A DNA stretch of 64,000 bases from a phage. The notes under the pieces were generated by a model. That model saw only the letters and a list, made by a program, of their open reading frames with translations. It made no database searches and was not told where the DNA came from. The stretch lies in the sequence record PZ386953.1; one strand, given 5' to 3'. The translations under genes were made by a program, and so were the position numbers. Below, piece by piece: positions 29,568-40,008 of the stretch. How positions within the stretch are numbered: the stretch's first letter is position 1; each line of letters starts with the position of its first letter.

Positions 29568-31546
29568 TTGTAAACAGTAATGAAACTAAAGCAGTGCTGA
29601 CCGGAAATATGGAGGTCACCAGGGGCTCAATTTCTCTGAACAAAGAGACTTTTGGGCTAATCATTAAAGGGATTTACGAAGATAAGGTGCTGGCAAGCTG
29701 CCGTGAACCAATCTTCAATGCTGTGGACTCCCATGTTGAGTCTGGACGGGGTGATGTACCGATCATCATTCACTCTCCTACAGACCTTGAACCATACTTC
29801 TTTGTGCAGGACGTTGGATTGGGCATGTCAGAAGAGATGGTCCGCAACACTTTCATGAATCTCGGGGAGTCAACCAAGCGCAACAGCAACGCTCTGGTAG
29901 GTAATAAAGGTGTTGGTTCAAAGGCTCCGTTCAGTATGGTGGACACTTTCGATGTTATCAGTGTGCACAATGGTGTTGAAAGCACATATCTATTGTTCTT
30001 GGATCAGGGTATCCCAAACGTTACCAAGATCCGTGAGCGGAAGACTGAAGAGCACAACGGGGTAAAAGTTCAGTTCCATGTTAAGAAAGAGCATGTCCTG
30101 AAATATCGCACTGCTATTGCATCGTGCTTACGCTATGCGAAGTTTCCGTTCATCGTCACCGATCCTATGACCAGTAAGATGTTAGAAGGTGACAAGGTTG
30201 AGGCACAGTATCATTACGAGAAGGATGGCTGGAAAATGACCATCCTGAAAGGTTATACCAGTTCTGATGAGAGCCGTGTTGTGATGGGTCACCAACCTTA
30301 CCGCTCCAAGTTCCTGGAGACATTGACCGATTACCCTGCAATCTGCGTGGAAATTCCTATTGGGGATTGCAATATTAACCCTGGGCGTGAATGGACCATA
30401 GAGGGCCATGACGACGGTGGATTCCAGGATCGCCTGGAGGCCTTTGTCAAAGAAGGTATACGTCTTCGCGGGGCAGAAGTTATTGCAGAACTGGAGACGG
30501 CAAAAACCTCCGCAGAAGCACGTGAAATGATGAAGAATAGTGGAGTGTTCGGACACATCTTCGGCAAAAACTTTATGTGGAACCGTTGGGAAGAAACAGG
30601 GCTTGGCGACTTAGGCGATTGTGAAATTTTCGCTGGCGGCTTAAATAAAGGCCGCATAGGCTATGCTCGTTACGGAAAGTCGGAGTTCTTACGAGGTGTA
30701 TACCTTGTATTTAACGACGGAGATGGTAAATATAACCGAAATAAGTGTAACTACTTAAGCGAAATCACCGGACGCAACGTTTTCTATTGCCGGAACACGG
30801 ATCTGGTGAAAGAGTTTAAAGAGGCGGCACACCATCCGTTCTTTGCAGATACTGTCAAATTGTTATCAGAGCTCCCTCGCCGACCTGCGAAGAAAGGTGA
30901 AACAAAAACTCATTACGAGCCAGGTTATTGGGTTAAAAAGCTTGAGAAGGATGGTTACTTCCGTCGTGAACGTATTACTAAGGCAGAGTTCAAGAAGATT
31001 AAGCACTGCATTCCTTATGAGGGTGATATCCAACGTGGAAGTTGTTGGCTGGGACAGCTGAGTAACATCTACCAGCAAAATTATGACCGTGTGCGTGCTG
31101 CACTCCAGATTCCTGAAGGTGAAGATCTGTACTTGGTATCAGAATCTCGTCTGCTTTGGACTGATCCTGATTGCCAGTATGTTACAGAGAAGAATGTGGA
31201 ACACTTGTTGAAAGAGGATGCTTGGAAATTCTTACTGACTCGCGCAGCAAATGAAACTTCATATGACAGCTTGTATAGACAATTAGGGAAAATTATCCCC
31301 ATGCAGGATTTTGGAAATTATCGGCCACATTTCCACAAGTGGGAAGGTAACACCGCGTGGAAGCACAGTGAGCTAAATCATCGTGCCAAAATCTTAATCG
31401 CCAACCGGGTTAAGTGCGGGAAGGCCTATATTGCAAGATTGGAAAAGAAATATCCACTTTTGAAGCATGTGGGCTTGAAATATTGGGACACCCCTGCTAT
31501 GATTGAATACCGTGAGCTGATCGATACAAAGAATAACATCAAATAA
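29564..31546 (+). CDS. GHKL-type ATPase-like protein
   Basis: Bergerat-fold motifs in order: N-box EPIFNAVDS, G1 DVGLGM, G2 GNKGVGSK. Confidence 0.5.
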   Translation: MIVNSNETKAVLTGNMEVTRGSISLNKETFGLIIKGIYEDKVLASCREPIFNAVDSHVESGRGDVPIIIHSPTDLEPYFFVQDVGLGMSEEMVRNTFMNLGESTKRNSNALVGNKGVGSKAPFSMVDTFDVISVHNGVESTYLLFLDQGIPNVTKIRERKTEEHNGVKVQFHVKKEHVLKYRTAIASCLRYAKFPFIVTDPMTSKMLEGDKVEAQYHYEKDGWKMTILKGYTSSDESRVVMGHQPYRSKFLETLTDYPAICVEIPIGDCNINPGREWTIEGHDDGGFQDRLEAFVKEGIRLRGAEVIAELETAKTSAEAREMMKNSGVFGHIFGKNFMWNRWEETGLGDLGDCEIFAGGLNKGRIGYARYGKSEFLRGVYLVFNDGDGKYNRNKCNYLSEITGRNVFYCRNTDLVKEFKEAAHHPFFADTVKLLSELPRRPAKKGETKTHYEPGYWVKKLEKDGYFRRERITKAEFKKIKHCIPYEGDIQRGSCWLGQLSNIYQQNYDRVRAALQIPEGEDLYLVSESRLLWTDPDCQYVTEKNVEHLLKEDAWKFLLTRAANETSYDSLYRQLGKIIPMQDFGNYRPHFHKWEGNTAWKHSELNHRAKILIANRVKCGKAYIARLEKKYPLLKHVGLKYWDTPAMIEYRELIDTKNNIK

Positions 31547-31556
31547 GGAGACCAAG

Positions 31557-32762
31557 ATGATTTTCATCTACGAACATTTCAAAACCCGTAAAGAAGCACG
31601 AGACCGCCGTGCAGAACTTGAGAAGAAGGGTTTCACATGTGCCGTTGAGAAAGGCGACACAACCTGGACACTGGCAGTTGGTGCCCCAGAGTTGTTCGAT
31701 CCTGACCGTGACAGCGTCTGCTACACCCGTGAGGATTTTGAAACCCGCGAAGAGGCCCGTTTATTTCGATACGGTCTGGAAGATAACGGTAAGTACGCTA
31801 TGATCTTAGATTTAGGCGAAGGTTCCGTTAAACGTTGGGGCGTGGTATACCCACTGTGTGTTGTTCACGGTGTGGGGTTCACTGGGGTGGCAATCAAGTC
31901 AGAAGAACCTTTAGTAGAAGTCAAAGATCCGGTGCTGGAGGTGGTGAGCAGTGTGTCTCAGCAACAGACTCGAAACATCGAGCCTTTGGTGGTTATTTGT
32001 GGGGAACTCCTCCAGATCACCTGCAACGAAGGCATTTTTGAAATTCGCCGCAGCGAAAGTGAGGAAGTTTACCAGAAAGTCTTCGACCATATCTCTGTTC
32101 AGGAATATGACGAGGCAATTGGTGAAATCCTTGTCTGGTTGGAACGCAAGAATGAGTTCACTACACTTGCAGACAACCTGATTATGAAAGATGGTAAGCT
32201 CTATTACTACGGTGTAGAGATGCAATCTACCATTGCAAAGAAAATTGAGGAAGATTATATAGATGGAACACTGGACGACCGATATGTTAAATTCCTTGTC
32301 CGTCTGCTACGCAACCCGTCTGCAAAATCTGTGAACATGCTCTACGATTTCATGCAGGCTAATGACATCCAGGTTGCAGAAGATGGTCGAATCATTTGCT
32401 ATAAGGGGGTTCAGTTTAACGGAAGCAAGTGGGTGGATTGGCACAGCGGTAAAGTTCCACAATACCAGGGTGCTTTTGTATCCATGCCTCGTAACTTTGT
32501 AGAAGATGATCCGGAAGCTGCGTGTTCTTATGGCCTGCACTGCGCCAGCAAAGAGTATGCAGCGGGCTATGGCACCGTAATGATGGTTATGGTTGACCCT
32601 GCGGATGTGGTTAGTGTGCCATACCAACACAACAGTGCTAAGTGCCGTGCATGCCGCTACGAAATCGTAGCAGCACCGGAATCACGCAAAGATGGCGATC
32701 CGATTGAATACGTGGTTGACCGTGATGGTAACACTATCGACATTCTTTACGAGGAGGCGTAA
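31557..32762 (+). CDS. hypothetical protein
   Basis: 401-aa ORF, AAGGAGA RBS, tightly coupled to flanking ATPase and helicase genes. Confidence 0.45.
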   Translation: MIFIYEHFKTRKEARDRRAELEKKGFTCAVEKGDTTWTLAVGAPELFDPDRDSVCYTREDFETREEARLFRYGLEDNGKYAMILDLGEGSVKRWGVVYPLCVVHGVGFTGVAIKSEEPLVEVKDPVLEVVSSVSQQQTRNIEPLVVICGELLQITCNEGIFEIRRSESEEVYQKVFDHISVQEYDEAIGEILVWLERKNEFTTLADNLIMKDGKLYYYGVEMQSTIAKKIEEDYIDGTLDDRYVKFLVRLLRNPSAKSVNMLYDFMQANDIQVAEDGRIICYKGVQFNGSKWVDWHSGKVPQYQGAFVSMPRNFVEDDPEAACSYGLHCASKEYAAGYGTVMMVMVDPADVVSVPYQHNSAKCRACRYEIVAAPESRKDGDPIEYVVDRDGNTIDILYEEA

Positions 32763-34132
32763 TGGAAAAAGGGCAGTATGATGTAGGCACAGATGCTGCC
32801 CTCGTTGCAATCATGAGCGGTGAGAATGTCTTCGTTTCAGGACCCGCAGGTTGTGGGAAGACGTACCTCATCAACATGATCCAGTCAATGTATGGAGACT
32901 CTTGCATAACGGTTGCCCCGACAGGGGTAGCCGCTTTAAACGTTAATGGAGCAACAGCACACCGAACCTTCGATCTTGCAGCAGGTGTGAGCATGGAGTC
33001 AGACTGGACCGCAATAAGGGCAAAAACAGCAAAGCCTTTGAAGAGCAAGGCATTTACCATCCTAATTATCGATGAAATCTCTATGATCCGTGCTGATAAG
33101 TTTATAGAGATGGATAGGAAACTCCGCTTCCTTCGAAAAAATGACAAACCTTTCGGAGGCATACAGGTCATATTGTTTGGCGATTTTTACCAGGCACCTC
33201 CTGTTGTCTCTTCTATGGAGAAGGAAGCCTACTTCAACTTCTACCATACGGACTTGTGTTGCTATACCGAATCTTGGAAAGAGCTTGACCTCCACAACAT
33301 AGCCCTAATAGATCAGTTCCGACAGGAGTCTATTCGATTTGCTACAATGCTCAACTGTGTTCGTGAGGGTCGTCGTATAAAAGAGGTTGTAGCAGAACTT
33401 AATGCTCGCTGTTACAAAGGAGGTGTACCAACAGACGCTCTCACAATTTGCGCCACCAACAAACAAGCAGAGGAAGTGAACAGAAGGTTCTATGATGCCA
33501 TCAACGCCCCAGAGAAGGTATACACTGGTGAAATGAAGGGTAAGTTTCCCTCTACCTTGCCAGTTGAGCAGGAGATGAAGTTGAAAATTGGCATGAAAGT
33601 TATGATAACCGCCAACGATGTTGACCCGACGCACAAAGTACCTTATTATGTTAACGGAACACGTGCCACAATTGTTAAATTTAAGAACAAGGCGGTGGTG
33701 GTGGAGCTTGAAGATGGAACACAGGTTGACATAGAACAAAGGTTGTGGGAGAATAACGAGTATAAGCCATCTCAAAGATACAACATTGCAGAAAGGAAGA
33801 TGGAGAAGTTTATAGAGAGGGTAGTGATTGGATCATACAAGCAACTCCCTCTGAAATCTGGGTACGCCGTAACATCTCATAAAAGTCAAGGACTTACGCT
33901 AGATTGTTACAACCTGGACCTTGGAAAGAACGGAGCTTTCTCTCCTGGGATGACGTATGTTGCTTTGAGTCGAGTTAAGACAATACAAGGAATAAACTTG
34001 TTGCGTCCACTAAGAGAAGTTGACATTATTGTTGACCCGCGAGTAGTAGAGTTTTACAATACAACCTTTCCTGACTTAGACAAAATTGTCAGGAAAGATT
34101 TTGAAACCAGAGCAGAAGAGGGGGACGTATGA
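32762..34132 (+). CDS. PIF1/RecD-like superfamily 1 helicase
   Basis: Walker A GPAGCGKTY; Walker B IIIDEISMI; C-terminal SH3-like core. Confidence 0.6.
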   Translation: MEKGQYDVGTDAALVAIMSGENVFVSGPAGCGKTYLINMIQSMYGDSCITVAPTGVAALNVNGATAHRTFDLAAGVSMESDWTAIRAKTAKPLKSKAFTILIIDEISMIRADKFIEMDRKLRFLRKNDKPFGGIQVILFGDFYQAPPVVSSMEKEAYFNFYHTDLCCYTESWKELDLHNIALIDQFRQESIRFATMLNCVREGRRIKEVVAELNARCYKGGVPTDALTICATNKQAEEVNRRFYDAINAPEKVYTGEMKGKFPSTLPVEQEMKLKIGMKVMITANDVDPTHKVPYYVNGTRATIVKFKNKAVVVELEDGTQVDIEQRLWENNEYKPSQRYNIAERKMEKFIERVVIGSYKQLPLKSGYAVTSHKSQGLTLDCYNLDLGKNGAFSPGMTYVALSRVKTIQGINLLRPLREVDIIVDPRVVEFYNTTFPDLDKIVRKDFETRAEEGDV

Positions 34133-34470
34133 GTTTGTGGAGAAATATAGTTAACTACGTGTGTGGCAATCCAACTCCTGAAGAGAAGGATGTTGTGATT
34201 CACGATTTTACTAAAAGATCTCGTGAAAAAGATCTACTGCTGACAAAGGTGACTGATAAAGATCCTGCAGTAGGGGACTGGGCAGGTTTTGCGTTTACAT
34301 CGGACAAATACACCTTTAACAAAGGTGACTATCTTGTTGTGGATTTTAACGAAGACATCGAGGGTGCTGAACCTTACTATCAAACCCTTATTGTTGCAGG
34401 GTGTGTTAATCTCTCTGCAGGTATGCACAGTTTGATTCTTTTTGAGCTTGACTCTGAAGACCTTGAGTAG
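34129..34470 (+). CDS. hypothetical protein
   Basis: 113 aa; ATGA overlap. Confidence 0.4.
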   Translation: MSLWRNIVNYVCGNPTPEEKDVVIHDFTKRSREKDLLLTKVTDKDPAVGDWAGFAFTSDKYTFNKGDYLVVDFNEDIEGAEPYYQTLIVAGCVNLSAGMHSLILFELDSEDLE

Positions 34471-34531
34471 TAAGATGTGAGTATAAAGGGGAGGCACTCC
34501 TCCCCACAAAAACTAAGGAGAGCACCAAACG

Positions 34532-35857
34532 ATGAGTAAAACCAAATTAGAACTAACCTGGATAGGTAAAAACGAGCGCAAAAAGTTAGAGCCGCACATT
34601 TTGTTAGAAGATTCTAGCAAGTCTTACCACAGCCAGAAAGTGACTGAAAACGATATTTTTGATAATAAACTGATTTTTGGAGATAACTTATTAGCATTGA
34701 AGGCGCTAGAGCAAGAGTATGCAGGCAAAGTGAAGTGTGTTTACATAGACCCACCATTCAATACTGGAAGGGCTTTTGAGCACTACGATGATAGCCTTGA
34801 GCATTCCATTTGGCTGGGCTTAATGAGGGATAGGTTAGAAATAATTCGTAATCTTCTAAGTGATGATGGGGTAATATTCGTTCACTTAGATGATTGCGAA
34901 ATGGCGTATTTAAAAGTTTTGATGGACGAGATTTTTGGTCGTGCAAATCAGTTAAATACCATATCGATGACCACAAATTCCCCTTCGGGATTTAAGGCAA
35001 TAGGAGCCACAGTTTTCTCCACAGCAAACTTTTTGCTTGTATATGCAAAAGATCGCACCCAGAAACCGCTTAACAAAATCTATATACCTAAAGGGTATGA
35101 TACAGGATATAACAAATACCTATTAAACCCGGATGACCATTATAAAAATTGGACGTGGTGCGGTATTGCCGATGCGTTTGCAAAGGCCAATGGCTATAAA
35201 GATGCAAAAGAGGCCAAGAAAAAACTGCCTGATACATTCGATGATGAATTAGCACAATTCGCAATTGATAATGCAGAACGTGTATTTCAATCTGTTGCAA
35301 TCGGCGGTGGTGCTAAAATAAAGAGAAAAGAAACTATCGAGAAGTCAAAGAAAGATAGGGATAAGGTTTATGTACATCCAAATGAAGATGTTGAAGGATT
35401 TTATATCGTAAATGGTAGGCAAATGGTCTTTTACTCCAACAGGCTTTTGGAAATTGACGGTGATATGCAACCTGCGGAACTAATAACTGATGTTTGGACA
35501 GACATTAGTTGGAATGGAATAGCAAATGAAGGCGGCGTTAGTTTCAAAAATGGGAAAAAACCAGAAGCGCTTTTGAAGCGAATTTTCGAAATGTGTACGC
35601 GAGAAGGCGATTTGGTATTGGATTCATTCGGTGGTTCGGGAACTACTGCTGCTGTAGCTCACAAGATGAAAAGACGTTGGATCTCAATCGAGCTGGGTGA
35701 TCATTGTCATACCCATATTATTCCGCGCTTGGAAAAAGTGATCGATGGTGAAGATCAAGGTGGTATTTCTAAGTCTGTAAACTGGCAAGGTGGTGGTGGC
35801 TTCAGTTATTACAAACTTGCCCCGACCTTAATTGCGAAAGATAAGTCTGATCAATAA
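34532..35857 (+). CDS. DNA N6-adenine (or N4-cytosine) methyltransferase, beta class
   Basis: Motif IV IDPPFNTG precedes motif I LDSFGGSGTT. Confidence 0.7.
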   Translation: MSKTKLELTWIGKNERKKLEPHILLEDSSKSYHSQKVTENDIFDNKLIFGDNLLALKALEQEYAGKVKCVYIDPPFNTGRAFEHYDDSLEHSIWLGLMRDRLEIIRNLLSDDGVIFVHLDDCEMAYLKVLMDEIFGRANQLNTISMTTNSPSGFKAIGATVFSTANFLLVYAKDRTQKPLNKIYIPKGYDTGYNKYLLNPDDHYKNWTWCGIADAFAKANGYKDAKEAKKKLPDTFDDELAQFAIDNAERVFQSVAIGGGAKIKRKETIEKSKKDRDKVYVHPNEDVEGFYIVNGRQMVFYSNRLLEIDGDMQPAELITDVWTDISWNGIANEGGVSFKNGKKPEALLKRIFEMCTREGDLVLDSFGGSGTTAAVAHKMKRRWISIELGDHCHTHIIPRLEKVIDGEDQGGISKSVNWQGGGGFSYYKLAPTLIAKDKSDQ

Positions 35858-35870
35858 AGAGTACAATCAA

Positions 35871-36176
35871 ATGATGAAATGTTATAAACCATACACTTTT
35901 GAAATCGATTTCGAACTTGACGATATGTTCACTGTGGAAGCTCAGGCAGTTGTCCAGTTGCCAGACCCAGAGTGCCGTGATTCTGATGTTGACTATTACG
36001 GATTTAGACAAATTACCGATGTGCATGTTTACCACAACGGTGAAGAGGTGGACTTCCACCAATTGCCAAACGATATGCGCCACTCAATTTACAAACGTGC
36101 AGCCCGTGAACTAGAGTCCTATCTGGATGCAGCGACGACAGCAGCTGCATTTGCTGAAGAAGTGGGAGGTTTCTGA
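35871..36176 (+). CDS. hypothetical protein
   Basis: ATG downstream of tool TTG start; avoids overlap with the methyltransferase. Confidence 0.35.
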   Translation: MMKCYKPYTFEIDFELDDMFTVEAQAVVQLPDPECRDSDVDYYGFRQITDVHVYHNGEEVDFHQLPNDMRHSIYKRAARELESYLDAATTAAAFAEEVGGF

Positions 36177-36571
36177 TGATTACAGGTGTGAAGATTATCC
36201 AATACCACTTAACCAAATTGGAAGATGCTGAAAAAGAGCTTGCAGAAGTTCTAAATAGTGGATATACTTTGCTATCATGCGCCTGCTCAGACACCTACGC
36301 TGTGTGGACACTTATCCGGAAGGAGGAGCCTGCAGGGATCTTGGTGCCAAACCCTAAGATTATCAGTGAAGTGGATGACTGCTCTCAGGACGGCCTGTCA
36401 GAAGACTGGGAAGCATGGGAAGGTGGTGAAAACCCTGCACCAGGTAAGTGGGTAAAATACAAACTACGTAGCGGTGCACAGCACGCTGGATACTCTGATA
36501 ACCTGGACTGGAGTCATTCTTCACCGGAATCATTGGTAAGTGCATATGATATCGTTGCTTTTCAGGAATAA
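36176..36571 (+). CDS. hypothetical protein
   Basis: 131 aa; ATGA overlap. Confidence 0.4.
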   Translation: MITGVKIIQYHLTKLEDAEKELAEVLNSGYTLLSCACSDTYAVWTLIRKEEPAGILVPNPKIISEVDDCSQDGLSEDWEAWEGGENPAPGKWVKYKLRSGAQHAGYSDNLDWSHSSPESLVSAYDIVAFQE

Positions 36572-36583
36572 GGAGAGAGTGTT

Positions 36584-37066
36584 ATGTCAGATTTTATGTG
36601 GAAAGTAGGTTATGCCTCTCCTGAAATGTGCGAGGCTTGCTTTGTAAAAATAGGCCGCGAGGATATTGACAAAGTGATCTTTAAGTTTCGTGATGTATCT
36701 GTGATCGGCAACCGAGTGCTTAAGCACTTAAAGAATCTGAAGCTCACCAAAAAGAAGTTCTTCGGACTTTTCGAAGAGAAAGTTGATGCTTGGACCCATT
36801 GCATTCAGGAAGCTAAATCTCACTACAGTGCTATCGTTACCCCAGAACGGGTAGCCAAGATGGAAGGATTCATCAACAGCACAGAGTTTGAGTGCCTAAA
36901 GGCTGCCCTTAATAGTTATCCAAAGTGCCTCAAACACCTTGACAAGTATGTAGAAAAGGATGGGGAAATGTATCTCACCCTGGATGCATACTATGAGATG
37001 CAAGAAATTTTAAATTTAGATTTGACATTGGTATCCACCGAGTATACAATAGGTATCCGGGTTTAA
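36584..37066 (+). CDS. hypothetical protein
   Basis: 160 aa; AAGGAGAGAG RBS; terminator follows. Confidence 0.4.
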   Translation: MSDFMWKVGYASPEMCEACFVKIGREDIDKVIFKFRDVSVIGNRVLKHLKNLKLTKKKFFGLFEEKVDAWTHCIQEAKSHYSAIVTPERVAKMEGFINSTEFECLKAALNSYPKCLKHLDKYVEKDGEMYLTLDAYYEMQEILNLDLTLVSTEYTIGIRV

Positions 37067-37070
37067 CACT

Positions 37071-37100
37071 AGGCCCTGCCCGAAAGGGTGGGGCTTTTTG
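37071..37100 (+). terminator. intrinsic terminator
   Basis: GCCCTGCCC-GAAA-GGGTGGGGC then TTTTTG; same 22-mer at 47206. Confidence 0.7.
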
Positions 37101-37117
37101 CATTAGGAGACAGCAAA

Positions 37118-37882
37118 TTGAAATTTATCTATAAAGAACACTACCACAAAGGTGTTGTGTGGAGTCTATTTGACGGATCTGGCGGTGCAGTCATTGACTG
37201 GGCAAAAGCTGGATATCTGTGCCTGTGCTTTAACGCAGAAGGTGCTGACCACGGCAGTTATGCAGAGGTGATCACCGATCATCCCAACATTCACTATGTG
37301 GACTATTGGATTGACCCGTGGTTCCCTCAGGAAACTTTTTGCATGTATCCGGCTCCAGATTTTATTCTTGCATTTCCTCCGTGCACGCATTTAGCGGTAT
37401 CAGGTGCTGCACATTTTAAGAAAAAGCTGGCTAAGGACCCCATGATCCAAATTAATGCTGTAAAGGATGCTCGGGTTGCGGAAGAGCTGGGAGAGATTTA
37501 CGATTGCCCGTGGCATGTAGAGAATCCTGTGGGTGTTATGTCCACACTGTGGCGCAAACCTGATTACCGTTTTCACCCTTCGGATTATGGCGGGTATTTA
37601 CCGGAAGATGATGTAAACCCATGGTTTCCTGAATTTATAGCTCCACGTGATGCCTATCCAAAAATAACTTGCGGCTGGATAGGTAATGGATTTATAATCC
37701 CAGCCACAAAACCTGTCCCGCAAATAGTTGACGCGGTTAGCGGGTATTCCATGCAACACGCCAAGCTGGGTGGAAAGAGTGCAAGAACGAAGATGATTCG
37801 AAGCCTCACACCACGTGGCTGGGCAAAAGCCGTATTCCTAGCAAACGAGCCTGTAGTAAGGAGCAGAATTAATGGGAAGTAA
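37118..37882 (+). CDS. DNA cytosine-C5 methyltransferase-like protein
   Basis: Motif I LFDGSGG, motif IV PPC, motif VI ENP in canonical order; TTG start 7 nt after AGGAGA (tool GTG start lies inside the terminator). Confidence 0.45.
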   Translation: MKFIYKEHYHKGVVWSLFDGSGGAVIDWAKAGYLCLCFNAEGADHGSYAEVITDHPNIHYVDYWIDPWFPQETFCMYPAPDFILAFPPCTHLAVSGAAHFKKKLAKDPMIQINAVKDARVAEELGEIYDCPWHVENPVGVMSTLWRKPDYRFHPSDYGGYLPEDDVNPWFPEFIAPRDAYPKITCGWIGNGFIIPATKPVPQIVDAVSGYSMQHAKLGGKSARTKMIRSLTPRGWAKAVFLANEPVVRSRINGK

Positions 37883-39950
37883 ATTTATGGCATCTGCATA
37901 CAACCGTTTCGGTGAGCCAAACCCGAAAGCAACTAAGTATAAAAGTGGGGGAAGTGTGAAACGAGACTATCGTGATGAAAAAGAAGTTGAAACTGTAGAG
38001 ACTGTTTTAGAAAATACTAAAATTGTCCCTGTCCCACAACAAAATATCGGTCTGATGGCTGCACAATATTTTGGTGTGCGATCAGCATTGTCCCAAGAAG
38101 ACGGTGTGACAGTCACTGCAACATATTTCCCATATTACGACCGCTACGGAAATCTGTCTGGTTTCAAAAAGCGTGACTGGACTATTCCTAAAGAGCAAAG
38201 GGGCCATTTCTCCGTTGTTGGCATCGTAAAGGCCAACTCCCAGATGTTTGGTCAAAAGCTGTGTGCATCTTCCAACAACCGTAAGCAGATTAACGTTTGT
38301 GAGGGAGAAGGTGATGTTATTGCAGCATGGCAGGCTGCATATCAGATACAAGTAAAAGGGATTCTCACCAACGCTAAAGCCCCGGCAAAGGTGAAGCAGT
38401 GGGCTAAAGAGGTCCAGGACGGGATCGACGCAGTTATCAACGGTGGTGATCTGGCAGGAAAACCCTGCCTGCCTTTTGTTGGAATTAACTGTGGATGTGC
38501 AAACGCAGTAGATACTTTTGCAAACAATGAGAAGTTTATCCGTAGCTATGGAACAGTTGTGCTGGCAATGGATAACGATGCAGCTAACGAGGTAGAGAAG
38601 CAAAAACACGTCATTAAAGGTGTTGAGGCCACGCACAATATCGCAGCATTTTTGATGGCTGATAACGTTTACCACGTAGAATACCCTGGTGAAGTAAATG
38701 ACCCTGACGGTGTAAAAGATATCCGAGACATGCTGAAGGCTAAAAAGCTGGAAGATATTGTCAACATGTTCCGGCACCCTGTTAAATATGTGCCTGATGC
38801 TGTGTCGGATTTAGAAGACTTCTCTATCGAGTCTTTGCGGAAAAAGACTTCCAACGGGGTAGATATCAGTGCAGAGTTCCCAAAACTGCAAAAAATGCTA
38901 AAAGGCTTGCACAAAGGGACACTTGTAATGCTTACAGGTCCATCAGGCGGCGGTAAAACAACCGTGGCTAAAAAACTGGAACACTGTATTGCAAGATACC
39001 TAATGGACCCGACATGCCCGAAGGCCGATGACTATGAAGAGGATGATCGTCTATGCATGATTCATCTTGAGGAGGACCCAGAGGAAGCAATTAACTCCTT
39101 GTATGCAAACCAGTTAGGGTTTGATGTTAAAGAGTTTGTTGAAGATCCTAGCCAGTTTTTAACTGATCAAGAACACGCAGAGATTCACCAATCATGGGCA
39201 AAAGCTGGAAAAATCAAAGTGTTCAAACATTTCGGGTCTATTCCAGTGGACGAGTTGATTACCAAGCTTAAGCAAATGGTTTGCCTGTACCATTGTCGTT
39301 ATATTGTGCTGGATCACCTGTCCATGGTAATTTCAGGGCTTAATGTTAAGGATGAGCGAAAAGAACTGGACATGGCTATGACCCAACTGGCTGCGTTTTG
39401 TAAGCAGTTTAACGTGTTTATCTTGGTGATCGCTCACCTCAAACGTACAGAGATTGTGCCCCCTAAGGACAAGGATGGTAACCCATTACCTTTCTGGTAT
39501 CCTGTGCGAAAAGAGAATTTGCGAGGATCGGCTGGGCTTGAACAGTTGAGTTGGGTAGTCATAGGTGTCGAGGCCGAAGAAATGGTGGATCGTTCTCGTG
39601 GACGTGTCCGTCTGGTAGGTCTTAAAAACCGTCCAGCAAAAACTTTAGGTATTGCTGACACTTTAGTTATGGATCCGCATACAGGTAAGTTCCATGATGC
39701 CAGTAATTGGTACTGGGACAAAGAAATGCAGATGTTTACAGACGGAGAAGGTGGGGAGGTTGTTTGGAGACCTCAGGCTATGTTTGAGGATCAGGAGCAT
39801 GCAGTTGTAGAAACACCTATGGGCAAGGTTGTGGCTGATAAGGTTGTAACACCCACTGTCAAGCCTATTGACACGCAGGAAGACCTCCAATACGATGATC
39901 CATCCTCTGATCCGGTCCCTGGTTTTGAGGATGATGAAACACCTTTTTAA
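37872..39950 (+). CDS. primase-helicase (TOPRIM + DnaB-like)
   Basis: TOPRIM-like EGEGD and DNDAANE; Walker A GPSGGGKTT; precedes the polymerase. Confidence 0.7.
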   Translation: MGSKFMASAYNRFGEPNPKATKYKSGGSVKRDYRDEKEVETVETVLENTKIVPVPQQNIGLMAAQYFGVRSALSQEDGVTVTATYFPYYDRYGNLSGFKKRDWTIPKEQRGHFSVVGIVKANSQMFGQKLCASSNNRKQINVCEGEGDVIAAWQAAYQIQVKGILTNAKAPAKVKQWAKEVQDGIDAVINGGDLAGKPCLPFVGINCGCANAVDTFANNEKFIRSYGTVVLAMDNDAANEVEKQKHVIKGVEATHNIAAFLMADNVYHVEYPGEVNDPDGVKDIRDMLKAKKLEDIVNMFRHPVKYVPDAVSDLEDFSIESLRKKTSNGVDISAEFPKLQKMLKGLHKGTLVMLTGPSGGGKTTVAKKLEHCIARYLMDPTCPKADDYEEDDRLCMIHLEEDPEEAINSLYANQLGFDVKEFVEDPSQFLTDQEHAEIHQSWAKAGKIKVFKHFGSIPVDELITKLKQMVCLYHCRYIVLDHLSMVISGLNVKDERKELDMAMTQLAAFCKQFNVFILVIAHLKRTEIVPPKDKDGNPLPFWYPVRKENLRGSAGLEQLSWVVIGVEAEEMVDRSRGRVRLVGLKNRPAKTLGIADTLVMDPHTGKFHDASNWYWDKEMQMFTDGEGGEVVWRPQAMFEDQEHAVVETPMGKVVADKVVTPTVKPIDTQEDLQYDDPSSDPVPGFEDDETPF

Positions 39951-40008
39951 TGTTTAACAAAGAGTGGGAGGGGTAGTACAACCGCCTCCCCTTTAAGGAG
40001 AACTGTAT

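Noticed and set aside
37088-37117. Tool start codons located inside regulatory elements (GTG at 37088 inside a terminator hairpin; TTG at 51890 and 44252, which are promoter -35 boxes)
   Set aside because: These are longest-ORF artefacts. Starts were moved to the first codon with a plausible Shine-Dalgarno sequence downstream of the promoter or terminator.
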